DNA from: Sedimentisphaerales bacterium
GTDB lineage: Bacteria; Planctomycetota; Phycisphaerae; Sedimentisphaerales; Anaerobacaceae
Direction of reading: 5' to 3'
DNA length: 64,000 nt
Assembly: GCA_963708075.1 (NCBI GenBank)
Contig: OY970194.1
Coordinates: 4,032,001-4,096,000, forward strand
The first letter of the stretch is position 1; every line of letters starts with the position of its first letter. Both the position numbers and the translations under genes were made by a program. The notes below the pieces were generated by a model that saw only the letters and a program-made list of their open reading frames with translations, made no database searches and was not told the origin of the DNA. Of the stretch, positions 10,419 through 20,702 are shown piece by piece.

Positions 10419-11763
10419 GACAAACCCGTCCTCTCTCTGGTTCGGTGGTCAAATACGAGCACAGGCTTGCGGCGTCCCTCGATCCTGGTGCGTTTCTGTA
10501 TCTCATCGGCTGGGACAATGGCCACGTCTAATGTCACACGAACCCGTCCCCGAATCCGCTCGGAAATCTCCCGCTCGGTCAGACGGGCCCCATCCTCAAG
10601 TCCAACGGCCACCCGGACGCGATCCGACAACTCATGATCCTCGTACACATCCAGGCAATAATTGCGAATCCCTTCCAGACTCTGCAGGGCGGCAAAGATC
10701 GCCGGAGGGTACAGTGTCGTGCCACGCACTTTGAGCATCTGCGCCTTGCGACCCAGGACCGGCCCGAGTCGATAGGTCTTGCGGCCGCAAGGGCACGCAT
10801 CCGTCAACAGGGCCGCAATATCTCCCGTACTCAATCGCAGCAGGGGCATCCCTGTCACCTGCAGGGGCGTTGCCACGACTTCGCCGGCCTGGCCCGGCGG
10901 GACCGGCTCGCCGGCCTCGTTCAGGATTTCAACGGCAATCAGATCCGGCAAAACATGGCCACCTCCGCGCCCCTGGGCACATTCCGTGAACGATGTGGCC
11001 ATCTCGGTGCTGGCATACGTCCCCAGCACCTGTGCCGACCACAGGTCATGCAAGCGTCGGCCCAGGGCAGACAGTGACAGGTCTTCATCCCGGACCGGCT
11101 CGCCAATACAGATCAGCCTGCCAATCGCCAATCCCGCGGGATTGCCCCCTCGTTCGCGCAGCAGACGCCCCGCCTCCAGGAGCATTGAGGGAACCCCGAT
11201 GATGGCCGTAGGCTTGTGCAACAGGATCGCTTCGGCTACCAGGGAAACACTGCCGGCGCCGCGCGGATCGCCGTGGCTCCGATGCGTCGCAGCCCCTCGA
11301 AATAGGCCAGTCCCGCCATGAAGCAGCGATCCAGGGCGCATGCGATCAGGACCCGGTCCCGGGCCGTGAGACCGGCGGCCAGGAAACACATTTGCTCGTT
11401 GTATGCAAGACGCCGCAGGTCCTTTTCGGTCTGCAGCAGAGCAACGGGTGCTCCTGTCGTGCCGGAGGTCTGGCAAACGTCCACCACCTGACTCTCGGGC
11501 ACACAGAGCAGCTCATCTCCATGTTCCGCCAAGTCCGCCTTGGTGGTCAAGGGTAGACGACGCAAATCCGCTACACACTGAACATCCTGCGGTTTCACGC
11601 CGGCGCGATCGAATCGCTGCCGGTAGAAACGGGAGTGTTCATAGCAGTAATGAACGTGATCGGCCAGAAGCCTATTCGTACACGCGGAGAGCCACTCGAC
11701 GGACTCGAACGACACGTGTCCAGCATCTTTGGGCTCCGGCCGGTCCGTCGATCCCCAATCCAT
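10415..11763 (-). CDS. Phenylacetate-CoA ligase-family aryl-CoA/ACP ligase, -1 frameshift at about 11260
   Basis: N-half has LPLTTKADL and TSGTTG. C-half has IGEP, TYASTE, GMPLLRLSTGD, CPCGR and LKVRGT. One extra G at about 11260 joins them as AIRAGAGSVSL. Confidence 0.85.
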
Positions 11764-11770
11764 GAACTGA

Positions 11771-12583
11771 TCACGACCGATTCCCAGCAAGGCAGGCTCC
11801 CATCAACTGTTTCACGCGTTTTCGCAACTCGATATGTCCTGTCTCGCCTTGAAAGGCCTTCGGCTCGATCGGCTCGAGGCACTCCAGCCGGACGTCGGCA
11901 GGCGACATCCAGCGACGTCCTCGGGGCAGCATCTGGTCGGTCCCTGAGATGCAGATCGGCGCGATGGGAACATTGAACTGCAGCGCCAGCTTGAATGCCC
12001 CGGAATAGAACCGGCCGAGCTGCCCGTCACGACTGCGATGCCCCTGAGGAAACAGCAGGATGGAACGCCCCTCGTCAAAGAGGTACTGCATCCTCTGCAC
12101 GATTTGCTCCCAAGGCAGCTGCTCCACATCCACATATTCCGCCCATCGCATGAATGGCGCGTACCAGGCTAACTTGAAGGGCCAGGATCGCAGGCAAATC
12201 ACCACGTCAAATACCGGCATGGCAGACAAAAAGAAAATGTCGAAAAAGGACAGATGGTTCGCCACGTAGATGTAGGGTCCATTGTGCCGCGAGCAATCGG
12301 TCCCCGTCACCTTGAGACGAATGAAGGGCGATACGATCCATAGCCAGACACGCCCATACATCCAGATGAAATGACGCATGATCTTCGACACCGGCCAACG
12401 CGTCGCCGGTAACCACAGGACCAACAATAACGGAGAAATCGCCAGCGCGATCAGCGTCTCCAGAACCATCAGGACCAGCACCCAGAGGTTCATCAGAACG
12501 ATCGCCAAGAATACGACCTTGGATCGCTGTTGTCCCACTGGAATTGCGTTTTCTGCGCACTTCCCCATGTTCGTACACCCCAC
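11771..12583 (-). CDS. PlsC-family lysophospholipid acyltransferase
   Basis: ANHLSFFD (HX4D), FPQGHRS and FYSGAF, with N-terminal TM helices. Start is uncertain (12583 or 12568). Confidence 0.9.
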   Translation of the reverse strand: MGCTNMGKCAENAIPVGQQRSKVVFLAIVLMNLWVLVLMVLETLIALAISPLLLVLWLPATRWPVSKIMRHFIWMYGRVWLWIVSPFIRLKVTGTDCSRHNGPYIYVANHLSFFDIFFLSAMPVFDVVICLRSWPFKLAWYAPFMRWAEYVDVEQLPWEQIVQRMQYLFDEGRSILLFPQGHRSRDGQLGRFYSGAFKLALQFNVPIAPICISGTDQMLPRGRRWMSPADVRLECLEPIEPKAFQGETGHIELRKRVKQLMGACLAGNRS

Positions 12584-12616
12584 AGGGTTCTTCTATCCCG
12601 CGCTCGTGGCAGGATC

Positions 12617-12886
12617 CTACCCTTTTGCGGAGCCCTCCATCTCCCGCTTCTTCTCGATCACGAGGCGATGCAGATCGCCCAAGGTTCGCACCTCACGGAC
12701 ACGAGGCTCTTCTCGAAGAGTTACCCCGAAGGCCTGCTGCAATACGACGACGACATCAACAAAATCCAAGCTGTCGAAGCCCAGACCTTCCACCAGATGA
12801 GCGTCCGGCGTCATCACGCCGGGGTCCAGCTCGAATTCATTGATAAGACTCCGATTGACTAACTCGATTACCTCGCTATCTGTCAC
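12617..12886 (-). CDS. Acyl carrier protein
   Basis: LGFDSLDFVD phosphopantetheine site. GTG start preceded by AGGAGA. Confidence 0.9.
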   Translation of the reverse strand: MTDSEVIELVNRSLINEFELDPGVMTPDAHLVEGLGFDSLDFVDVVVVLQQAFGVTLREEPRVREVRTLGDLHRLVIEKKREMEGSAKG

Positions 12887-14141
12887 TAATCGATCTCCTG
12901 ATGACCATGGCCGAGTTGACTCCACCCAGCGCAAAATTGTTGGATATCGCCGCCTCAACCTGCCGATGCTCGATGTTCGTCAGGAGGTTCAGGCGGCCGC
13001 ACGTATCATCCGGCCGGTGCAAATTCCGCGTGGGCAGCAGCAGGCCGTGGCGCAGCATCAGGAAGGTGGCGATGATTTCCAGCCCGCCACAGGCGGCCAT
13101 CGTGTGTCCCATATGCCCCTTCAGGCTGCTGACGGGTATGTCACGACCCAACACTCTCTCCACTGCCTCGCACTCAGCCACATCACCCCGGATCGTTCCG
13201 GTGGCGTGTGCATTCAGGTAGCCGATTTGCTCCCGGCAAAGTCCCGATTCCTCCACGGCCGTCTGCATGCACTCCACCATCGATTCGAGCCCAGGATTCG
13301 CCATGTCTTCCGGCGATCCGTTTACAGCGAACCCGCAGATTTCCCCCAGGATGTCCGCCCTCCTGGCACGAGCATGCTCCAGGCTTTCCAGGATCACAAT
13401 GCCTGCCCCTTCGCCGCAGACGATCCCATCGCGGTCCCGATCAAAGGGCCGAGGCGTCATGTCGGGTTGCTCATTGTACGCACGAGACGACGCTTCCAGC
13501 GTGTCAAACACTCCGACAGTCAAGGCGTGAAGCTCGTCCGCCCCTCCGCAGATCATGATATCCTGCTTGCCCAAAGCGATGCTCTCAGCCGCCAATCCGA
13601 CGGCGATCGTCCCGGTTGCACATGCCGCCGATGGGGCCAGGAGCCGGCCGCGAATCCCAAGGACCTGGGCAAGGTTCGATGCACAGGAGTTGTTCATGAT
13701 CTTGAAGAAATGTGTCGATTTGACACCCTCGATACTTCCGTCCTTAAGCACTTCCCCAAACACGTGCTCAATCTCCTGCGTGCTGCCTGTGGTCGAGCCC
13801 ACACACACACCGGCTCGAAGATCCGGCAAAGCCTCAGGTGTCAGTCCGGCCATGCGTATTGCCTCGTGCGCAGCAATGGTGGCGTAGATGGACATCCTGG
13901 ACATATACCTGCGTTTCTTGCGATCAATCCACTGGGCATCCACCTCCGGAACAGTGGCCGCCACGGTCGTGCGCAGCCCCTTTATTTCAGCAAGCATGGG
14001 ACAATGGCGCACGGCCGTTTGTCCCTCCACCAAAGCTTGCCACATGACTGGCACGCCACAGCCAAACGGTGTTACCGCCCCAAGACCCGTGACCACCACC
14101 CGTTGCTGCGCTACATGATTGTCCGTACGTCGTAAGCTCAT
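12876..14141 (-). CDS. Beta-ketoacyl-ACP synthase
   Basis: RVVVTGLG, SAACATG, PRPFD, LNAHATGT, KGHMGHT and NNFALGG. Confidence 0.93.
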   Translation of the reverse strand: MSLRRTDNHVAQQRVVVTGLGAVTPFGCGVPVMWQALVEGQTAVRHCPMLAEIKGLRTTVAATVPEVDAQWIDRKKRRYMSRMSIYATIAAHEAIRMAGLTPEALPDLRAGVCVGSTTGSTQEIEHVFGEVLKDGSIEGVKSTHFFKIMNNSCASNLAQVLGIRGRLLAPSAACATGTIAVGLAAESIALGKQDIMICGGADELHALTVGVFDTLEASSRAYNEQPDMTPRPFDRDRDGIVCGEGAGIVILESLEHARARRADILGEICGFAVNGSPEDMANPGLESMVECMQTAVEESGLCREQIGYLNAHATGTIRGDVAECEAVERVLGRDIPVSSLKGHMGHTMAACGGLEIIATFLMLRHGLLLPTRNLHRPDDTCGRLNLLTNIEHRQVEAAISNNFALGGVNSAMVIRRSISDR

Positions 14142-15571
14142 CAGACTATGCAACTCTCCGTGAGAAAACTGGCGCACAAGGCCCCCAACACACCGGGTGC
14201 AGCCACCGCCTGACCGGACAGATACAACCCCTTTGCCGACGTTCGGGGCAACAGGGGCATGTCCACCATCCGGTGCTTGATCCCGTATAACCCGCCTTCA
14301 GGACTGCTGAGCCTGTCCCGGAACGTAAAGGGTGTAGCCATATCCAACGGCTCAAAACTGCCCAGCACATCATGGGCACAACTGGACAGACGGTTCGTAA
14401 GACGGTCAGTCAATCTCATTTTCCAGTCCTGGTAACCTTCAGGTCGCCCACACCTGCCGCTATCGCCATTGCCAGGCACGTCTGCAAGACTCGCCGGGCA
14501 GATCACCGACACAGCGTTCGTCCCCGCGGAAGAACTGACAAACAAGGGACGTTCTTCCACGGGCAGGCACATCCAATTGCCGATCTGCGGCTCGGTGGCA
14601 AGAATCAGATTGCCCGCAAAAGCTGTGGATTGACATTGCCCGTACAGAACTACGGCCGACGGCGTCTCCTCAAGACTGCGGACCCGCTTCCGATAGGCCG
14701 GAGAAAACGCGTTCGGCGGCACCATCTCCAGCATGAGTCTCGGATGCGCCGTATGGATGCACCTGCCACCAGACAGCCTCTCACCCGTTGCCAACTCCAC
14801 GGCAGTGAACTCACCTTCCTCATTCAGACAGATGCGAGAAACCTCCCGGCTGCACAACAACTCCACCTGTGCATCACTCAACGCCTTCTCAAAGGCGTCC
14901 ACCCAAACCCGGCCCCCACCCCTGATCAGATGGGTGGATTCATAGTAGGAGCCTGCAACCTGGCTGTGGAACAGCAGGGAGGTCTCCTTCGCGACAGTCC
15001 CATAGAGGATCCCGTGAGAACTTAGAAGGCCTTGGAGCACTGGATTGCCGGTGCAGCGGTCGAGCGCCTGCTGAAGATCGCATCCCCCGCTCATGAAGAG
15101 CGCACCGAGATTCCTGCCGCGGTCCCGCATGAACGTCGTCCGACTTTGTTCCGACAGCAGCCGTACTTCCGCCAGGAAGGATCTTAACCCCTGGCAATCC
15201 ACTGGAAAAACACGGCACAGATCCCGTTCCAGCATCTCCCAACCCTGAGGAAAGGAGAAATCAAACGCCGGTTTCGAAAACCGGACATGATCGACCGTGT
15301 CCGGAGTGTGCGTGGCGCCGGCCATCTGGTCAGCAAGTCCCAACTCACAGAGCAGCCAGTGCAGGAGGCCATCATGCCCCATCGAGCTGGCATAATGGAA
15401 GCCGGAATCCATGTAGGTGCCCCGTCGGGAGAAACCACGCAGCGTCGGCGACAGGTGCGGGGATCGCTCGGCAACAGCTACTCGCTCACCTCTGCGAGCG
15501 CGCAACAGAGCGCAAGCCAGTCCGGCCACTCCCCCACCAATGATGATCGTATCGTACATGGGAGTTGCCAT
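14141..15571 (-). CDS. Phytoene desaturase-family FAD-dependent oxidoreductase
   Basis: IIIGGGVAGL dinucleotide motif, MDSGFHY, ATPFTF...GGLYG and GLYLSGQ...PGVLG. Confidence 0.85.
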   Translation of the reverse strand: MATPMYDTIIIGGGVAGLACALLRARRGERVAVAERSPHLSPTLRGFSRRGTYMDSGFHYASSMGHDGLLHWLLCELGLADQMAGATHTPDTVDHVRFSKPAFDFSFPQGWEMLERDLCRVFPVDCQGLRSFLAEVRLLSEQSRTTFMRDRGRNLGALFMSGGCDLQQALDRCTGNPVLQGLLSSHGILYGTVAKETSLLFHSQVAGSYYESTHLIRGGGRVWVDAFEKALSDAQVELLCSREVSRICLNEEGEFTAVELATGERLSGGRCIHTAHPRLMLEMVPPNAFSPAYRKRVRSLEETPSAVVLYGQCQSTAFAGNLILATEPQIGNWMCLPVEERPLFVSSSAGTNAVSVICPASLADVPGNGDSGRCGRPEGYQDWKMRLTDRLTNRLSSCAHDVLGSFEPLDMATPFTFRDRLSSPEGGLYGIKHRMVDMPLLPRTSAKGLYLSGQAVAAPGVLGALCASFLTESCIV

Positions 15572-15697
15572 GGATACCAACCTTGCGACACGAGCATATC
15601 GCCACCATACACGTCTCTGGGGAAAGGGCAATCAAACTCGCACTTCCCATAGAGCCACCAGCCTTTTGTCTGTATTCCGTTTCCGGCCTACCGCCAT

Positions 15698-15727
15698 AGC
15701 TTATAGCCTGCTGCCTGATCCCTGCAA
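15698..15727 (-). promoter_or_regulatory. Possible internal sigma70 promoter upstream of the desaturase
   Basis: Minus strand TTGCAG-N16-TATAAG (or N18-TAAGCT) in the roughly 200-bp gap. Confidence 0.35.
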
Positions 15728-15774
15728 GGAATATTTTCGGTCTAGCGTGAGGTGCCCATCATTCTTTCTATTCC

Positions 15775-16806
15775 TCAAGACCCGTGCTCCGTTGTGCGTA
15801 AAGCGAGAACCTCCTTCGGGGAGGACGCCTGCGTATGGTCGCAGAAGAAGTCCCAGATGACCTGGGATACCTCGAATGTCCGAAGCGGATGATCCTGCGG
15901 CAGTCGCGCGATGTTGCGCATGCCCGGCCATGCATGTTCCCAATCATCCAGGATGTGAAGAACGGCCCATGTGCCGCCTGCATCATCCCGCCAAGCCATG
16001 ATGCGTTGCCCCCCTTGCGGGTCATCGCGGACTTCCGGTACAGACGCGCACCCACAGTATCGAGCCCAGAGTCTGACCGACTCGACCACTGAGACATACC
16101 GCCGTCCGCCACTGCGAAGCCCGGGTCCACCCTTAAATGGAACGCTCCTGTCTTCCCGGCCATGAACTGCAATCAGAGGCACCGGGAGTTCCGGCGGTCC
16201 TATCCGGCGTGTAGCTCCCTTCCGGCCTTTTGAACTGCCTATTGAGCCGGCGACGATGCCGACCCCTGCGATGGATTCACAATTCTCCGAGGCAAAACGA
16301 TAGGCGAGCATCGCACCGTTGGAATGGCCAACGACGTAGATGCGCTGCTGATCGATGTGGAGTTCGTTCGAAACGTCGCGAATCACACAGCGCAGGAACT
16401 CTGAATCATCTACGTGATCCATTTCTGCCAGCCCGCAGCAGTGTCCTGCATTCCAGTGCTGCAGAAATCCAAAGAGACCGATTCCGTTGGGATAAGCGAC
16501 CACGAAGCCTTCGCGATCAGCGAGAGCACTATACCCCGATCCTGCCTCCATAGCCTTCGCTGTGCTAAAAGCACCGTGAAGCACGAGGACCAGAGGCCAA
16601 GCCTTTCGCTTGTCGTAGTTCTGAGGAACATGCAGCAAGTAGTCTCGGGCGGACAAGCCGTAATGAAGCCGGGTTGCTCGATAGTACGTACTTGGCGGCG
16701 AAGTCCTGCAGCCGGGCAATATAGCAAGGGCCCCCGCGCAGATCAACATGACATGACAGGGTGAAACTCGTCCGATGTCGTCCATAGCGTCCCCCCGCTG
16801 AGGCAA
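15775..16806 (-). CDS. PHB depolymerase/LpqC-family alpha/beta esterase, probable lipoprotein
   Basis: PLVLVLHG, VVAYPNG, WNAGHCCG, GHSNG nucleophile elbow, HGREDRSVP and HAWPG. LPGC lipobox. Confidence 0.85.
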   Translation of the reverse strand: MPQRGDAMDDIGRVSPCHVMLICAGALAILPGCRTSPPSTYYRATRLHYGLSARDYLLHVPQNYDKRKAWPLVLVLHGAFSTAKAMEAGSGYSALADREGFVVAYPNGIGLFGFLQHWNAGHCCGLAEMDHVDDSEFLRCVIRDVSNELHIDQQRIYVVGHSNGAMLAYRFASENCESIAGVGIVAGSIGSSKGRKGATRRIGPPELPVPLIAVHGREDRSVPFKGGPGLRSGGRRYVSVVESVRLWARYCGCASVPEVRDDPQGGQRIMAWRDDAGGTWAVLHILDDWEHAWPGMRNIARLPQDHPLRTFEVSQVIWDFFCDHTQASSPKEVLALRTTEHGS

Positions 16807-16905
16807 TATTCATCCCCAATCGATCGATCACGAGCGACAGTACGGCCGAGGGAAGAGCGCGTGCGGAAATGCAGCAATTGGTGGATTCCGCGATCAGGAG
16901 TGTGC

Positions 16906-18129
16906 TTACGGGCGAAGCCGCAGAGCCAGACAGGAATTGGTGCCGCCAAATCCAGCCGAGTTGCACAGGACGATGCGGGGCGGGCTATCGAGCCGGTCGG
17001 TCAGGATCCGCAGTTTCTCACTGTATTGGTCAGGCCGCTCGAAGTTGACGTTAGCTGCTGTGAACCCGTTTTCCGCCATCAAAACGCAATACACGGCCTG
17101 AGCGGCGCCGGCCATCCACAGTTCATGCCCAACCATGCCCTTGAGCGAGGCCACCGGCGGACGGCAGGTATCCCCGAAGAGACGGTGGATTCCAATGGCT
17201 TCCACGCCATCTCCGACCGGGGTCCCCGTCGCGTGGGCGCAGACATAACTTACGTCCTCGATTGGGATTCCGGCCTCTCGCACGGCCAGCGTCATCGCCC
17301 GAAACAATCCATCTTCGCAGGGAACCGAGATGTTGGAGCCATCTGAGGAAAAACCATAGCCCAAGACTTCGCCCAGAATAGGAGCTTGACGCTCCTGGGC
17401 CAGGTCGTATCGCTCCAGGACCAGAGCTGCGGCCCCACCGCTGGGAACTAAGCCATCCCGACCTGCATCGAAGGGCCGGCACGCTTGGTGCGGCTCAGAA
17501 GTGTGCGTGGAGAATGCGTCGAGCGCGTCAAAGCTGCACATGGACTGCCAGTTCAGTTCTTGCGCTCCACCACATATGACCCGGTCCTGCCGTCCCAGAC
17601 GTATCAAATCCGCCGCCTGGCCAATAGCATGACCGCCGCTGCTGCATGCGGCACTGAGGGTCCAACAGGCGCCCCGGGTCTTGAACAGGGCAGTCAGATT
17701 CATGGTGATGTTGGAGACCATGGAGCAGAAGACATGGCCGCTGCCTATGACGCTGGTGGTGCGGTGCTGCCTGACAAGATCCACCTGGTCAATCGCGGCC
17801 AGGCAACTGGAGTCGCATCCGAACACCATGCCTGTGCGGTCGTTTTGGAGTTCCTCCGGGTCCAGTCGCGCGTCGCGGACCGCGTCTGCAGCCGCCGCAT
17901 ACGCCTGAACGGCGAAATCCGTCATCGTTCTTCTCGCCTTGCGGTTCAGATAGCGCGTGGCGTCAAAACCCGCAATACGTGTCGTTAGCGGACTGCGAAA
18001 ACCCAAGGCCACTCGCTCGGGGTCGATCTCTACCGCGGATTCACCACGATAGAGTTTTCGGGCGACCGTTTCTCTGTCTGTTCCCAGACAGGAGATAATC
18101 CCGACCCCAGTGATGGCGACTCGGTTCAT
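16906..18129 (-). CDS. Beta-ketoacyl-ACP synthase (FabB-like)
   Basis: MNRVAITGVG, SAACSSG, CAHATGT, GHELWMAG and NSAGFGG. Confidence 0.93.
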   Translation of the reverse strand: MNRVAITGVGIISCLGTDRETVARKLYRGESAVEIDPERVALGFRSPLTTRIAGFDATRYLNRKARRTMTDFAVQAYAAAADAVRDARLDPEELQNDRTGMVFGCDSSCLAAIDQVDLVRQHRTTSVIGSGHVFCSMVSNITMNLTALFKTRGACWTLSAACSSGGHAIGQAADLIRLGRQDRVICGGAQELNWQSMCSFDALDAFSTHTSEPHQACRPFDAGRDGLVPSGGAAALVLERYDLAQERQAPILGEVLGYGFSSDGSNISVPCEDGLFRAMTLAVREAGIPIEDVSYVCAHATGTPVGDGVEAIGIHRLFGDTCRPPVASLKGMVGHELWMAGAAQAVYCVLMAENGFTAANVNFERPDQYSEKLRILTDRLDSPPRIVLCNSAGFGGTNSCLALRLRP

Positions 18130-18170
18130 CTTCACCTCATGACTGTGTTCGCGATTGTGATGGATCGTCG

Positions 18171-18902
18171 CTACATGTAGATCCCGCCGTTGACGCTCAG
18201 GACCTGCCCTGTGATGTACGACGCATCCTCGGAGCACAGGAAGGCCACAACAGCCGCAACTTCTTCACATGTACCGAAGCGGTGCATGGGAATCACCTTG
18301 AGCAAATCGGCCTTTGGCAGATCCTTGGTCATATCCGTCTCAATGAAACCGGGAGAAACCGCGTTGACCAGGACACCACTGCGGGCGACCTCCTTGGCCA
18401 GGGCACGAGTCGCGCCGATCAGACCTGCCTTGGCGGCGGAGTAGTTCACCTGCCCCGGCATGCCGGTCTGGCCGGAGGTCGATACGATGTTGATGATGCG
18501 GCCCCGCTTCTTCTGCATCATCAGGCCTACCACGCGGCTGGTCACATGATAGAAACCATCCAAGCTGACACTGAGCACGTCCTTCCAGTTCTCCTTCGAC
18601 ATCCAGAACAGCAGGCCGTCGCGGTTGATGCCGGAGTTGTTCACCAGCACATATGGACACTGCTCCCCGAGCATTTTCTCCAACGCCTCCTTGGTAGCCC
18701 GCTCGTCGGACACGTCAAACGGCAGAAGTGTGCAATCGCGTCCGGCTTCCCGAACCCGGGCGGCCACGGCCTCGGCGGCCTCGTGATTGCTCTTGTAGTT
18801 CAGCCATATCTCATAGCCATCCCTGGCCAGACGAACAGCAATGGCCGCACCAATGCCTCTGGATGCGCCCGTAATCAAAGCGATACCCTGACCGCTTGCC
18901 AT
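18171..18902 (-). CDS. fabG: 3-oxoacyl-ACP reductase
   Basis: TGASRGIG, VNNSG, NYSAAKAG (YxxxK), PGFIETDM and YITGQVLSVNGG. Confidence 0.95.
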   Translation of the reverse strand: MASGQGIALITGASRGIGAAIAVRLARDGYEIWLNYKSNHEAAEAVAARVREAGRDCTLLPFDVSDERATKEALEKMLGEQCPYVLVNNSGINRDGLLFWMSKENWKDVLSVSLDGFYHVTSRVVGLMMQKKRGRIINIVSTSGQTGMPGQVNYSAAKAGLIGATRALAKEVARSGVLVNAVSPGFIETDMTKDLPKADLLKVIPMHRFGTCEEVAAVVAFLCSEDASYITGQVLSVNGGIYM

Positions 18903-18986
18903 GAAGCCTCCCGAATGGGCCATTTCATCTTCTATTCCACAGGGTCGATCGTATATGCCACAGGCAGACCCGCCATCAGACTCTCT

Positions 18987-19014
18987 AAGATAGCCAAGAC
19001 GATTTCACTGTCAA
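18987..19014 (-). promoter_or_regulatory. Sigma70-like promoter for the leftward operon
   Basis: Minus strand TTGACA-N16-TATCTT, about 85 bp upstream of fabG. Confidence 0.5.
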
Positions 19015-19109
19015 CACCTTTTGAAGGACATCGCAAAGGTACATGAGGGCAAATGGGGTCTCGACGAAGACGTCCTCGGAAGGCCATGATCATGCTAATT
19101 CAGTGCATA

Positions 19110-19124
19110 TCTGACAAAGTCAGA
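19110..19124. promoter_or_regulatory. Palindrome in the divergent intergenic region, possible operator
   Basis: TCTGAC-AAA-GTCAGA, perfect 6-bp arms. Confidence 0.3.
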
Positions 19125-19263
19125 CTATACAGCACCCCGTCGTCTCTGGTAAGCTGCGTTCATGTGATTAGGTCGGCCCTGCTGGATAATCTCAGCACCG
19201 CTCGTGCGTGAGGAATGCACCGGTTGGACTCCGGCCAGTTGATCGTCAGGAGAATTGTTTCTC

Positions 19264-19518
19264 ATGGATATCAAACAGAGACTCAAGCAAGTCATTGTGG
19301 AAGACTTGAATCTTGAGGAAACAACACCCGAGCAAATTCGTGACGATGCGGCCCTGTTTGGAGAAGGGATCGGGCTGGACTCGCTCGATGCGGTAGAACT
19401 GGTGGTTGTTGTAAAGAGGCATTTCGGAGTCGAAATCAAAGACATGACGGAAGGCCGCACGGCATTTGCCTCGATCAGTTCGCTGGCAAAATTCATTGAG
19501 GAACGTATGACGCGATGA
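19264..19518 (+). CDS. Acyl carrier protein (aryl-polyene type)
   Basis: LFGEGIGLDSLDAVEL, preceded by an AGGAGA RBS. Confidence 0.92.
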   Translation: MDIKQRLKQVIVEDLNLEETTPEQIRDDAALFGEGIGLDSLDAVELVVVVKRHFGVEIKDMTEGRTAFASISSLAKFIEERMTR

Positions 19519-20702
19519 TGCAGAGCGACGAGGCGGTTCCCATCACCGGTCTGGGTTGTCTTTGCGCTGCCGGAAGATCGGTCGCGAGACTCACGGAGGC
19601 GCTGTTCGCCGGACGTCGTTGCGTTGCCTGGCGGCAGGTTCGCGGAAACAGTTACCCCGTGTTCCAGTTAGATAGCCATTCTGTTCCTGCCGGGTACTAC
19701 GAGGAGGCCGAGTGCGAGCGGTGCGGCCGACTGGCCATAGCGGCTGCCGACGAGGCACTCACCCATGCCGGTCTGACCGGCGAGCATCTCCAACGCCGTC
19801 GGGTGGGGGTCTGCCTGGGCACCACGGTTGGCAGTGCGATGAATAATGAGACGTTCTACCGCGATTTCCGTGCAGGCCGCATGCCGGGAATTGAGCCGAT
19901 ACGTCGCTATCTGCGGGCCAACCCGGCAATGATGCTCGCACAAGCGTTTGGCCTGACCGGACCATGCCAGACAATCACCAATGCCTGCTCCTCCGGCGGC
20001 GTAGCCATCGGACATGCCGCCCAGTGGGTGCGAGCCGGTCTGTGTGATGTGGCGATTGCCGGCGGAGCCGATATGCTCTGTAACGTCATTCATGCCGGCT
20101 TTCTCTCATTGTTGGTTACAGACACGGAGCCCTGCCGACCGTTTGACCGAAACCGTCGCGGTTTGAATCTCGGCGAAGGGGCCGGCGTCGTCGTACTGGA
20201 GTCAAAACAATCCGTCTGCGAGCGAGACGCTCCGGTCCAGGCGTGGTTGTGCGGGTATGGAAACGCCTCTGATGCGTATCACATTTCTGCGCCGGAGCCC
20301 GGTGGCAGAGGGTTGAGGCGGGCTCTGGAGCAGGCACTGACACAGGCTCATATAGACCCCAAAGATGTCGATTTTATCAACGCCCACGGGACTGCCACGC
20401 CGGAGAACGACCGCGTCGAGGGCCGGCTATTTCCTGATATGTTTCCAGGGGTCCCCTTTGGTTCCACGAAGGGCTTCACCGGTCATACGCTCGGAGCCGC
20501 CGGGGGGATCGAGGCCGTGATCACGATCCTTTGTCTGCGGGAGAAGCGAATCCCGGCGAGCATCGGATTTCACGAGCCGGACCCGGATTTTCTCGGTCAG
20601 CCGGTTGTGGAGAATACGCCGATCGCCGGCCGATATGGACTATCCGACTCCGTTGCGTTTGGCGGGAACAATGTAGCTCTGATTTTTCAGGGGCAATCGT
20701 GA
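19515..20702 (+). CDS. Beta-ketoacyl-ACP synthase
   Basis: NACSSG, CRPFD, INAHGTAT, KGFTGHTLGA and AFGGNN. Confidence 0.92.
   Translation: MMQSDEAVPITGLGCLCAAGRSVARLTEALFAGRRCVAWRQVRGNSYPVFQLDSHSVPAGYYEEAECERCGRLAIAAADEALTHAGLTGEHLQRRRVGVCLGTTVGSAMNNETFYRDFRAGRMPGIEPIRRYLRANPAMMLAQAFGLTGPCQTITNACSSGGVAIGHAAQWVRAGLCDVAIAGGADMLCNVIHAGFLSLLVTDTEPCRPFDRNRRGLNLGEGAGVVVLESKQSVCERDAPVQAWLCGYGNASDAYHISAPEPGGRGLRRALEQALTQAHIDPKDVDFINAHGTATPENDRVEGRLFPDMFPGVPFGSTKGFTGHTLGAAGGIEAVITILCLREKRIPASIGFHEPDPDFLGQPVVENTPIAGRYGLSDSVAFGGNNVALIFQGQS

Noticed and set aside
14141..15571. Carotenoid pathway
   Set aside because: No phytoene synthase, prenyltransferase or cyclase nearby.
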